64,000 nucleotides of DNA from an uncultured Prevotella sp. (GTDB lineage Bacteria > Bacteroidota > Bacteroidia > Bacteroidales > Bacteroidaceae): NCBI GenBank assembly GCA_905233825.1, contig CAJOFE010000007.1, positions 54,314-118,313 of the forward strand, given 5' to 3'. The translations under genes were made by a program, and so were the position numbers. This document shows positions 43,669 to 52,473 of the stretch, piece after piece; the stretch's first letter is position 1; each line of letters opens with the position of its first letter. The notes beneath the pieces were generated by a model that made no database searches, had not been told where the DNA came from, and worked only from the letters and a program-made list of their open reading frames with translations.

Positions 43669-45396
43669 TTACTCTGCGGCGACCTCAGGCTCAGCAGCAC
43701 GGAAGCTGGCGAGATTCTCTACCTGGAACAATTTGATGTAGGACATCTTGCCAATGATGTTCTCCTCGGCCATGCGGACATAGACGTTGGCGCTCTTCTC
43801 GAAGAGTTCAGGAGCCTTGGTAGCATCGCGGAGGATGAGCAATGACATCACGAGTTCGGCAGTCATGTCATACAGACGACGGGCAAGGAAGTCCTGAGCT
43901 TCCTGATTCTCGAGAGCCTTTACGTAGGCGAGCGTCTCCTCGTAAACAGGAATCAGCAAACCAATACGGTTCTTCAGTCCCTGCAGACTGTCCTTCACCT
44001 CCAGACCTTCGTACATGTCCTTGATGTTCTGCAACATTGTGCCGTTGGTAATGTAACGAATAGCAGCTACTACCTGCAGCTGGGTGGTACCCTCGTAGAT
44101 AGAGAAGATACGGGCATCGCGGAACAGACGCTGGCTCTTGTACTCCATGATGAAGCCAGAGCCACCGTGGATAGAGATGGCGTCGTAGGCGTTCTGGTTG
44201 GCGTACTCGGAGTTCATACCCTTGGCGAGCGGTGTGAAGGCATCAGCCAGACGCTGATACTTCTTCAGTTCCTGCTTCTCCTCGGGCGTGAGTTTGCGGT
44301 CGCGCTCGATATCTTCCAGACACTTGTAGATATCGACGTAGCAAGCGGTTTCATAAAGAAGTGCACGACCGGCATCGAGCTTGGCCTTCATGCGAGAGAG
44401 CATATCATAGACAGCGGGGAAGTTGATAATCTTATCGCCAAACTGCTGACGCTCCTTGGCATAAGCCAATCCCTCGTTGTAAGCCTCCTGCTCCACACCA
44501 ACGCTCTGTGCGGCGATACCCAGACGGGCACCGTTCATCAGGGCCATCACGTACTTGATCAGACCAAGACGGGTGCTGCCACAGAGTTCTGCCTTGGCGT
44601 TCTTATAGGTGAGCTCACAAGTGGGTGAACCGTGGATACCCAGTTTGTGCTCGATGTGACGTACATCAACACCTCCTTGGCGCTTATCGTAGATGAACAT
44701 CGACAGACCACGGCCGTCCTTGGTGCCCTCCTCAGAGCGGGCCAGCACGAGGTGGATGTCGCTATCACCATTGGTGATGAAGCGCTTCACACCATTCAGG
44801 CGCCAGCAGTTCTCCTTCTCATCGAAGGTGGCCTTCAGCATTACGCGCTGCAGGTCAGAGCCAGCATCAGGCTCAGTCAGGTCCATACTCATACCCTCGC
44901 CAGCACAAACGCGAGGGATATACTTCTGGCGCTGCTCCTCAGAACCGAACTCATAGAGGGTGTCGATACAACTCTGCAGGCTCCAGATGTTCTGGAAACC
45001 GGCATCGGCAGCCGAAATCATCTCAGACAACATAGAGAACACAGCGTTAGGCAGGTTCAGGCCACCGTAACGACGGGGCATAGAAACACCCCACAGGCCA
45101 GCCTTACGGGTGGCATCGAGGTTCTCGTAGGTCTTTGAGGCGTAGATCATACGGCCGTTCTCGAGGTGCGGACCTTCCAGATCGACGCTCTCAGAGTTTG
45201 GCTCGATGATATTGGCAGCCACGTCGCCGGTGATGTCGAGAATCTGCTTGTAGTTCTCGATGGCATCGCCCAGATCGACAGGGGCGTAGTCATATTCTTT
45301 CGCATCAGCGAAACCCTTTTCTTTCAGCTCAACGATACGAGCCATCAGGGGGTGGTTCAAGTAGAACCCGATCTCAGGATATCCAAGTTTATCCAT
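43669..45396 (-). CDS. Acyl-CoA dehydrogenase (long form, ~575 aa)
   Basis: It shows ACAD blocks (MDLTEPDAGSD, RFITNG, GIHGSPTCEL, YEGTTQLQ) and lies downstream of etfBA. Confidence 0.88.
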   Translation of the reverse strand: MDKLGYPEIGFYLNHPLMARIVELKEKGFADAKEYDYAPVDLGDAIENYKQILDITGDVAANIIEPNSESVDLEGPHLENGRMIYASKTYENLDATRKAGLWGVSMPRRYGGLNLPNAVFSMLSEMISAADAGFQNIWSLQSCIDTLYEFGSEEQRQKYIPRVCAGEGMSMDLTEPDAGSDLQRVMLKATFDEKENCWRLNGVKRFITNGDSDIHLVLARSEEGTKDGRGLSMFIYDKRQGGVDVRHIEHKLGIHGSPTCELTYKNAKAELCGSTRLGLIKYVMALMNGARLGIAAQSVGVEQEAYNEGLAYAKERQQFGDKIINFPAVYDMLSRMKAKLDAGRALLYETACYVDIYKCLEDIERDRKLTPEEKQELKKYQRLADAFTPLAKGMNSEYANQNAYDAISIHGGSGFIMEYKSQRLFRDARIFSIYEGTTQLQVVAAIRYITNGTMLQNIKDMYEGLEVKDSLQGLKNRIGLLIPVYEETLAYVKALENQEAQDFLARRLYDMTAELVMSLLILRDATKAPELFEKSANVYVRMAEENIIGKMSYIKLFQVENLASFRAAEPEVAAE

Positions 45397-45542
45397 ACCC
45401 TGTAGAAAGCAATGGAGAAATAGATTGCAATCACCTCATTGAGGACTCTTCTCCATGTTGCCTTATTCGGGTCGAGCGACAGCCAAACGGACGCGACGAC
45501 GAGAGCTGCATACAGAAGTAGGAATAGAACTTGTTTCTTCAT
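45357..45542 (-). CDS. Candidate small membrane protein (61 aa) filling the etfA-acd spacer
   Basis: The ATG is 3 nt after the etfA stop. The N-terminus is hydrophobic (MKKQVLFLLLYAALVVASVWL). The region has coding-like GC content, unlike other spacers. It overlaps the acd start by 40 nt. Confidence 0.3.
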   Translation of the reverse strand: MKKQVLFLLLYAALVVASVWLSLDPNKATWRRVLNEVIAIYFSIAFYRVWINLDILRSGST

Positions 45543-45544
45543 TT

Positions 45545-46567
45545 TTACTTCGAGTTCTGCTTATAATACTTGATCAGTTTCGGCACGACTTCTTCAACGG
45601 TGCCAACGATGACGTAGTCAGCGATACGGTTGATAGGTGCATCGGAATCGCTGTTCACAGAGATGATGATACCAGAGTCCTGCATACCAGCGATGTGTTG
45701 AATCTGGCCAGAGATACCGCAGGCGATATACACCTTGGGGTGAACGGTGACACCCGTCTGACCAATCTGACGGTCATGGTCGAGCCAGCCTGCATCGACG
45801 GCAGCGCGGCTTCCACCAACCTCACCATGAAGCACCTTTGCCAACTGGAACAGCATGTCGAAGTTCTCCTTCGAACCCATACCGTAACCACCGGCAACCA
45901 CGATAGGCGCACCCTTCAGGTTATGCTTGGCAGCCTCCACGTGGTGGTCGAGCACCTTCACGACGAAAGCCTCGGGGCTGACATACTTGCTGACCTCGGG
46001 ATAAACCACCTCCTTACGGCACTCACCCTCGTAGATAGCCTTCTGCATCACGCCAGAGCGGACGGTAGCCATCTGGGGACGGTGGTCGGGGTTCACGATG
46101 GTAGCAACGATGTTACCACCGAAGGCGGGACGAATCTGATAGAGCAGATTGTCGTAGTGCTTACCGCTTTTGTTATCGTCATAGGGACCAATCTCCAACT
46201 CTGTACAGTCAGCAGTCAGACCAGAGGTCAGAGATGACGATACACGTGGACCGAGGTCGCGACCAATGACGGTAGCACCCATCAGACAGATCTGAGGTTG
46301 CTCTTCCTTGAAGAGGTTCACGAGGATATCGGTGTGGGGAGCGGAAGTGTAAGGGAACAGGTCCTTGCCGTCGAACACAAACAGCTTGTCAACACCGTAG
46401 GGTAGAATCTGATCCTCCACCTTGCCCTTGATGCCTGTACCAGCAACAACGGCGTGGAGCTCCACACCTAATGTATTGGCGAGTTTGCGACCCTTGGTCA
46501 GGAGTTCCTGGGAAACTTCTTGCACTTGTGTGCCTTCTATTTCGCAATATACAAATACATTGTTCAT
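45545..46567 (-). CDS. etfA: Electron transfer flavoprotein alpha subunit
   Basis: 340 aa counted from the ATG at 46567 (MNNVFVYCEIEG). The tracked TTG start at 46579 is an alternative. An FAD-binding C-terminus is present (YIACGISGQIQH). Confidence 0.9.
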   Translation of the reverse strand: MNNVFVYCEIEGTQVQEVSQELLTKGRKLANTLGVELHAVVAGTGIKGKVEDQILPYGVDKLFVFDGKDLFPYTSAPHTDILVNLFKEEQPQICLMGATVIGRDLGPRVSSSLTSGLTADCTELEIGPYDDNKSGKHYDNLLYQIRPAFGGNIVATIVNPDHRPQMATVRSGVMQKAIYEGECRKEVVYPEVSKYVSPEAFVVKVLDHHVEAAKHNLKGAPIVVAGGYGMGSKENFDMLFQLAKVLHGEVGGSRAAVDAGWLDHDRQIGQTGVTVHPKVYIACGISGQIQHIAGMQDSGIIISVNSDSDAPINRIADYVIVGTVEEVVPKLIKYYKQNSK

Positions 46568-46571
46568 AATC

Positions 46572-47444
46572 TTATCCAATAATCTTTTCTTCCAGTAACT
46601 CTTTGATCATTCCCTCGATATCAGCATCAGAAGCCGTCAAAGTCTTCGACTCCTTAGCCTGGAACACGATGTTCTTGATAGCTTTCACCTTTGTGGGCGA
46701 ACCGGCCAGACCACACTGGTTCACGTCGCCGTTCACATCAGCTACGCTCCACTGATTCAGGTTCAGCTCAGGGCGCTCGTCGTACAGATAGTCGTAGGGC
46801 GTGCCTTCGGCAGGACGCTCCATCGGGCAGGTAGCGCGCTTGTACTTCATCACCAGCTTGGCGTTCTGGGGGCGACAAGGAGCAGCACTTCCATTAACGG
46901 TAATCACTACTGGAAGCGGAGCCTCAACCGTCTCCACACCACCGTCGATGACACGCTTGATGGTAGCCTTGCCGTCCTTGACGTCAAGTACTTCCTCAGC
47001 GTAAGTCACCTGATTAAGACCTAACTTCTGAGCTACCTGAGGACCTACCTGAGCGGTATCACCATCGATAGCCTGACGACCACCGATTACGATATCGACA
47101 TCGCCAATCTTCTTGATGGCAGTAGCCAATGCGTAAGAAGTAGCGAGGGTATCAGCACCAGCGAAGAGACGGTCAGTAAGCAACCAGCCTGTATCAGCAC
47201 CACGATAAAGTCCCTGACGGATAATCTCACCTGCACGTGGAGGACCCATCGTGAGGATTCCTACTGTAGAGCCCGGATTCTGCTCCTTCAAACGAAGGGC
47301 CTGCTCCAAGGCGTTCAAATCTTCTGGATTGAAGATAGCGGGTAGGGCAGCACGGTTCACAGTGCCTTCGGCAGTCATAGCATCCTTACCCACATTTCTG
47401 GTGTCTGGCACTTGCTTGGCCAGCACAACAATTTTTAATGCCAT
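46572..47444 (-). CDS. etfB: Electron transfer flavoprotein beta subunit
   Basis: 290 aa. It begins MALKIVVLAKQVPDT, a typical EtfB N-terminus. Confidence 0.9.
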   Translation of the reverse strand: MALKIVVLAKQVPDTRNVGKDAMTAEGTVNRAALPAIFNPEDLNALEQALRLKEQNPGSTVGILTMGPPRAGEIIRQGLYRGADTGWLLTDRLFAGADTLATSYALATAIKKIGDVDIVIGGRQAIDGDTAQVGPQVAQKLGLNQVTYAEEVLDVKDGKATIKRVIDGGVETVEAPLPVVITVNGSAAPCRPQNAKLVMKYKRATCPMERPAEGTPYDYLYDERPELNLNQWSVADVNGDVNQCGLAGSPTKVKAIKNIVFQAKESKTLTASDADIEGMIKELLEEKIIG

Positions 47445-47509
47445 AAATAATTAAATATGTTATTCTGTTATTCTGTCTTAAAAATGATACTCTGTCTCAA
47501 AAGCGGCTG

Positions 47510-47517
47510 CAAAGGTA
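47510..47517 (-). promoter_or_regulatory. -7 box TACCTTTG for etfB-etfA-acd
   Basis: The plus-strand sequence is caaaggta. Confidence 0.6.
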
Positions 47518-47544
47518 CTACTTTTCGCGCACACAGCCAAATAA

Positions 47545-47594
47545 ATTGCACAAAATCGAGTCATTTGCGCACATATTGGGGTGTTTTGTGCAAT
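47545..47594. promoter_or_regulatory. Perfect 11-bp inverted repeat ATTGCACAAAA-N28-TTTTGTGCAAT between divergent promoters (candidate operator)
   Basis: The arms are 47545-47555 and 47584-47594. Related TTGCGCACA and TTGCACA words occur at 47566-47574 and 47639-47645. Confidence 0.45.
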
Positions 47595-47633
47595 CTTTTC
47601 TGCCTTTTCTTTTGTTATCTGCCAAAAATATGT

Positions 47634-47641
47634 TATCTTTG
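47634..47641 (+). promoter_or_regulatory. -7 box TATCTTTG for the M60-like gene
   Basis: Read directly from the sequence. Confidence 0.6.
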
Positions 47642-47662
47642 CACATCTAAAACAGCTACAAT

Positions 47663-50600
47663 ATGAAACGACTATTACTCTATCTCTCGCTTTTCATCTT
47701 TCATCTTTCATTTTGCCCCATAGGGGCACTGGCTCAGGACTTCGACACGGGCCTTGTACGTCTGAAGAGTAAACGCACAACGTGGTATCTCTCTACAGAG
47801 ACCAGTGAAGCCGCCACAACGACAGCCAAGAACGTGGCGAAGCTGGGGCAGGTATGGATTCTCGAGGTATATGGCGATGGCTACTACCTGCGCAGTGCCA
47901 ACACGGGCGAGTACCTGCAAACTGACTATACCAAGACTGGCACAGGCAAGACACGGCTCTATATCCGTAAAAGCCCGAATGCTACAGGTACAGCTAAGTT
48001 TTGGAATATCTCGTCGAAAAGCGATTTCTCTGGTTCCAGTTTTCTGAATACCAACACAAGCCACGCCCTCTTCAGCTATTCTATGGACGAGGGCTGCGAC
48101 TGGTATATTGAGGCCGAGACCAATTTCACCGAAGAAGAAATAATGGCACGGCTACAGGAACTTAGTCCTTTCACGAACGAACTGAAAGACGGAGCCTACT
48201 ATCGACTACACAGTATCTACAGCCGAGTGCTCACCGAAGGTAGTGACCTCTCGACGAAGGAGCCTGATGACACGAACTATAGCCAATACTGGCAGCTGCA
48301 TCATTCCGACAGGGGATGGAGCCTGCAGACGGTCATCACCCAGAAATATATCCTGCGCCAGACGCAGACCAGCACCCCCTATCACTTGGGAGCTACACAA
48401 GTATTCTTCAATGTCAATGCCACAGGCGACAAGTGGGACACCTGCTGGACTATCAGCTATGGTACTGACTGGGGAGGTCTGCACGACGCACAGTCACAGG
48501 GGCACAATGTGGTTTATTGGGATTATACTGCCGAGGCCAGCGCATGGCATCTGGAGGAGGTGGAACTGGATGAAGCCATGCTGGAGCAGATGCGCCAGCA
48601 GCAGGCCGATTACGACGCATTAGTGAAGGACAAGGCCACCTTTCAGCAGCACCTAAACAATCTGTTCGAAGACCAAGCCTGCACCACGCTGAAAGCTGAC
48701 ATCCAGACACTCAGCGATGATGCTCTGGCCCAGAACGAAGACTTCGTAGCCCTGACCACCGACATGCAGGCTATGGTACTGAAAGTAAAGAATGACACTT
48801 GGCAACAGTTCACCAACCAGACAACTGGTTACAGCGCCTGCTACGAGCGCTTCTTCCGCATTGCTGACTACCAGTCATATAGCAATCATCAAACGATGGC
48901 TAATGCCAGTAACTTCACCATGAGTACCTCCTTCGGCCGTCTGTCGAACCCTACAGGCATCGTGGCTAATCCTGGCGACATCGTCTATGTCTATGTAGAT
49001 GCTTCCCCCAAGACTGGTGCCACGCTGATGATGGAAGCCGTAAGCACCGATGGTGTTGCTGGCGACCACCCCACAGGCGAAACCACCACGCTGAAGGCTG
49101 GCTTGAACTTGCTGCGCTACTCTGAGCAGAAGATGCTCTATGTTTTCTATCAGGTAACCGATCCCAAGAAAAAGCTCGATGCTTATCCTGACATCACCAT
49201 TCATATCGAAGGCGGACAGTTGCAGGGCTACTGGGATGCCACTCGCAACATGACCAACGCCGACTGGAAGTTGTTGCAACAGGACTTGCTCAAAGCATGT
49301 CCTGTGCTCAACCTGAAAACACCACATTTGGTATTCTGTATGGATGCTGACCTGGTGAAAAAAGCCGAGCCTAACGAGATGGAGGGTCTGATGCGTATCT
49401 GGGATCGCATCGTGGAGAACGAGGAACGCTATATGGGCGTAGAGGACTTCGAGGGACGCTACCGTAACGTGTGGAACGCATTCAGCGGCGCCAGCAGTTA
49501 TATGCACTCCACCACCTACGGCACTTGGTACGACGAATCGACTATCCCCACCATTATGAATTACAAGAAGATGACACAGCCAGGTAACCTCTGGGGACCC
49601 AGCCATGAGATAGGTCACAACCACCAGGGCAGCATCAATGTCATCGGCACCACCGAGAGCTCAAACAACATGTTCTCGAACATCAATACCTTCGAACAGG
49701 GCATCATCACCAGTCGTCGCCAATTGCCTGTCGATGTCTTCTATGAGTTGGCCAAGGGTACTCGCTGGTTAGAGCGAAACATCTGGCAGACCACAGGGCT
49801 GTTCTATCAGCTATACCTCTATTTCCACGTGCAGAAACACGACGAGCAGTTCCTGCCAAACCTATTCCGTGCCTTGCGTAAGAGTCCCATCAACAAGAGC
49901 AGTGGCAAAGGCAGTACCGACTATCTACACCTAGCCAAGAAAATATGTGATGTGGCACAAGCAGATCTCTCCGAATTGTTCGAAGCCTACGGCATGTTCG
50001 TGCCAGGAAACAACATCTACGTCAGCGACTATGCTGAATATAATGTCACCACCACACAGGCCGACATTGACGCAGCCCGAAAATACATGCAGCAATACGA
50101 CCACAAGCTGGGTAACATCATGTTCATCGATGACCATATAGAACCCATGAAGCCTGCCGATCCCAACAACATCTTCGAGGGAGTTCCTGCCATCACCAAC
50201 GGACTGAAGAAAAACAACCTCGACCAGCACAACGAGGTGGCTGAATACAAGAACCTTCCCATCGGCGAGGCTGGCGACTACGAACTTTTCACTGATGATG
50301 CCCCCGATGTCGTCGATGACTATTATTCGCTATCGGCCAACGGACGTAGCATCACCTTCCACGGCACCAATTATGCCGGTCATAAGTTCTATGATGCAGA
50401 GGGTAACCTTGTCTGGGCTACCAATGCCCGCAATGTCAGTCTGCCACAGGCCGTGCTTAATATGGGTATAAATACTATCACCATCATGACTGCCATGTAC
50501 AATATGAAGGATGTCCTGTGCACCGATCAGGAACCCGACGGCATTGACAATCTCACCCCCTCTCCAACTGGTGAGGGAAGTATATACTCCATCAGCGGTC

Positions 50601-50668
50601 AACGTACCATGTTAAAACATGCCAAGCCTGGTTTATATATCATCAACGGAAAGAAAATCATTAAATAA
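47663..50668 (+). CDS. Secreted M60-like (enhancin-like gluzincin) peptidase with N-terminal lectin-like region and T9SS C-terminal sorting domain
   Basis: 1,001 aa with a signal peptide. HEIGHNHQG...E is at nt 49604-49618 and following. The C-terminus is GSIYSISGQRT...PGLYIINGKKIIK. Confidence 0.78.
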   Translation: MKRLLLYLSLFIFHLSFCPIGALAQDFDTGLVRLKSKRTTWYLSTETSEAATTTAKNVAKLGQVWILEVYGDGYYLRSANTGEYLQTDYTKTGTGKTRLYIRKSPNATGTAKFWNISSKSDFSGSSFLNTNTSHALFSYSMDEGCDWYIEAETNFTEEEIMARLQELSPFTNELKDGAYYRLHSIYSRVLTEGSDLSTKEPDDTNYSQYWQLHHSDRGWSLQTVITQKYILRQTQTSTPYHLGATQVFFNVNATGDKWDTCWTISYGTDWGGLHDAQSQGHNVVYWDYTAEASAWHLEEVELDEAMLEQMRQQQADYDALVKDKATFQQHLNNLFEDQACTTLKADIQTLSDDALAQNEDFVALTTDMQAMVLKVKNDTWQQFTNQTTGYSACYERFFRIADYQSYSNHQTMANASNFTMSTSFGRLSNPTGIVANPGDIVYVYVDASPKTGATLMMEAVSTDGVAGDHPTGETTTLKAGLNLLRYSEQKMLYVFYQVTDPKKKLDAYPDITIHIEGGQLQGYWDATRNMTNADWKLLQQDLLKACPVLNLKTPHLVFCMDADLVKKAEPNEMEGLMRIWDRIVENEERYMGVEDFEGRYRNVWNAFSGASSYMHSTTYGTWYDESTIPTIMNYKKMTQPGNLWGPSHEIGHNHQGSINVIGTTESSNNMFSNINTFEQGIITSRRQLPVDVFYELAKGTRWLERNIWQTTGLFYQLYLYFHVQKHDEQFLPNLFRALRKSPINKSSGKGSTDYLHLAKKICDVAQADLSELFEAYGMFVPGNNIYVSDYAEYNVTTTQADIDAARKYMQQYDHKLGNIMFIDDHIEPMKPADPNNIFEGVPAITNGLKKNNLDQHNEVAEYKNLPIGEAGDYELFTDDAPDVVDDYYSLSANGRSITFHGTNYAGHKFYDAEGNLVWATNARNVSLPQAVLNMGINTITIMTAMYNMKDVLCTDQEPDGIDNLTPSPTGEGSIYSISGQRTMLKHAKPGLYIINGKKIIK

Positions 50669-50677
50669 CAATAAACG

Positions 50678-52360
50678 ATGAAACGTACTCTCCTCATCTT
50701 CTTATATATTATTTGTTCTGTATTCTATAACCGCATAGTGGCGCAGGACTTTGACAACCTGCCCACACCAGGCGAGGAGAAAGTCATCGACAATACGCCT
50801 GACTCAATAGCCAAGGCACTGATGGCGCGACCTGCCCCTGGTTCTACCCGTGTGGGTACGAATCCTGTGCTTTTCCTCATCGGCAACTCAACGATGCGTA
50901 ACGGTACGCTGGGCAACGGCAACAACGGCCAGTGGGGCTGGGGGTATTTCTTTCCGAAGTATTTCAATGCCAACAAGATAACGGTGGAGAACCAGGCACT
51001 GGGCGGCATGAGTACTCGCACCTTCTATACTGACCTGTGGCCAGCTATCCGTCAGGCCTTGAAGCCTGGCGACTGGGTGATTGTCTCTATAGGTCATAAC
51101 GACAGCGCCGACTTTTTCGACCAGCGCAGAGCCCGTGGCGTCATCCCTGGCGTTGATATGGACACCATGATAGTTGGCTTCAACCAACGCATACAGAAAC
51201 AGGATACCGTTTATAGCTACGGCAACTACCTGCGCAAATATGTCTATGAGATACGCGAAAAAGGTGCCAACCCCATCCTCATGTCACTGACACCTCGCGA
51301 CGCCCTCGACGACAGGGGCAAGATCGTGCGCAAGCCCCAGACAGAATGGGCGGCCTACATTGCTGCAACAGAGAGCGTGCCATTTATTGACCTCAACGAG
51401 ATCTCTGGCCAAAAGCTCGATCGTTTTAGTCGCTGGAAGCAGTTGTATCACTTCCTGGGTGACCACATCCATACTTCGAAGTTTGGTGCCGAGCTGAACG
51501 CCAACAGTGTCGCTATGGGCATCTTCAACAGTAACAACCCACAGTTAAAATCCCTAAAAGCCATGATGAAGGTCGATATTCCGTTTAGATATATCACCAC
51601 AAGTGGCAAGCCCCGTCTCTTCTTCACGGGCGACTCGACGGTGAAGAATGCCGACAAGGAGGATGACGGTATGTGGGGCTGGGCCTCGCAAGCATCGACC
51701 ATCTTCGACGAATCGAAGATTACCCTCATCAATGCTGGTCGAGCCGGTCGTAGTACGCGCACCTTTATAAAAGAAGGACTTTGGGAACGTGTCTATGACT
51801 CGCTACAGCCCGGCGACTTCGTTACCATACAGTTCGGACATAATGACATCTGTCCCATCACCGATGCCAAGGGACGTGGTGTCATTCCTGGCACAAAGGA
51901 CACATTGCACGTCTATCACATGGATGACGGTTCCTACGAAGTGGTCTATTCCTTCGGCTGGTATCTGAAGAAGATGATTGACGACACACGAGAAAAGGGT
52001 GCTACGCCCATCCTCGTCTCGTTGACCCCACGCAACGAGTGGCCTGGTGGCAAGATAGAGCGTCGCGACGACACGTATGGCAAGTGGTATCGCGAGGTAG
52101 TGGAAGAGACTGGTGTGGAGTTTATTGACATGCACAACATCAGTGCCGACTTCCTCGACAAGAAGTTCGCCGTGCGCCGTCTCTCCGATGACAAGGAAAA
52201 AGCTCGCGAACAGATTGCTAAAATCAAGGAACGTGCAGGTATCTATTTCAAGCAGGACCATACCCATGCCTCGAAGCTCGGGGCCCAGATGAATGCCCAG
52301 TCCTTTGCCAAAGGCCTGAGAGCCAGCGGTTCTGAACTGGCAAAGTACCTGAAGAAATAA
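50678..52360 (+). CDS. Tandem double SGNH/GDSL hydrolase (rhamnogalacturonan-acetylesterase-like, CE12-like)
   Basis: 560 aa with a signal peptide. It has two copies of block I (LIGNSTM / FTGDSTV), GWG, and block V DHIHTS / DHTHAS. Confidence 0.72.
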   Translation: MKRTLLIFLYIICSVFYNRIVAQDFDNLPTPGEEKVIDNTPDSIAKALMARPAPGSTRVGTNPVLFLIGNSTMRNGTLGNGNNGQWGWGYFFPKYFNANKITVENQALGGMSTRTFYTDLWPAIRQALKPGDWVIVSIGHNDSADFFDQRRARGVIPGVDMDTMIVGFNQRIQKQDTVYSYGNYLRKYVYEIREKGANPILMSLTPRDALDDRGKIVRKPQTEWAAYIAATESVPFIDLNEISGQKLDRFSRWKQLYHFLGDHIHTSKFGAELNANSVAMGIFNSNNPQLKSLKAMMKVDIPFRYITTSGKPRLFFTGDSTVKNADKEDDGMWGWASQASTIFDESKITLINAGRAGRSTRTFIKEGLWERVYDSLQPGDFVTIQFGHNDICPITDAKGRGVIPGTKDTLHVYHMDDGSYEVVYSFGWYLKKMIDDTREKGATPILVSLTPRNEWPGGKIERRDDTYGKWYREVVEETGVEFIDMHNISADFLDKKFAVRRLSDDKEKAREQIAKIKERAGIYFKQDHTHASKLGAQMNAQSFAKGLRASGSELAKYLKK

Positions 52361-52378
52361 GAAGAAATCTGTCGTGCC

Positions 52379-52468
52379 AAAACAAACGGCATTTCCATAC
52401 CCCAGAGATGCCGTTTCCAAGCCTTAGAAATGCCATTTCCGAACCTTTGAAACGGCATTTCTTTTTTT
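52379..52468. repeat. Four-unit array of the GAAATGCCGTTTCC family forming alternative terminator hairpins
   Basis: The sequence is aaacaaacggcatttccatacc / ccagagatgccgtttccaagcc / ttagaaatgccatttccgaacc / tttgaaacggcatttc, followed by T7. Confidence 0.8.
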
Positions 52469-52473
52469 AATGC

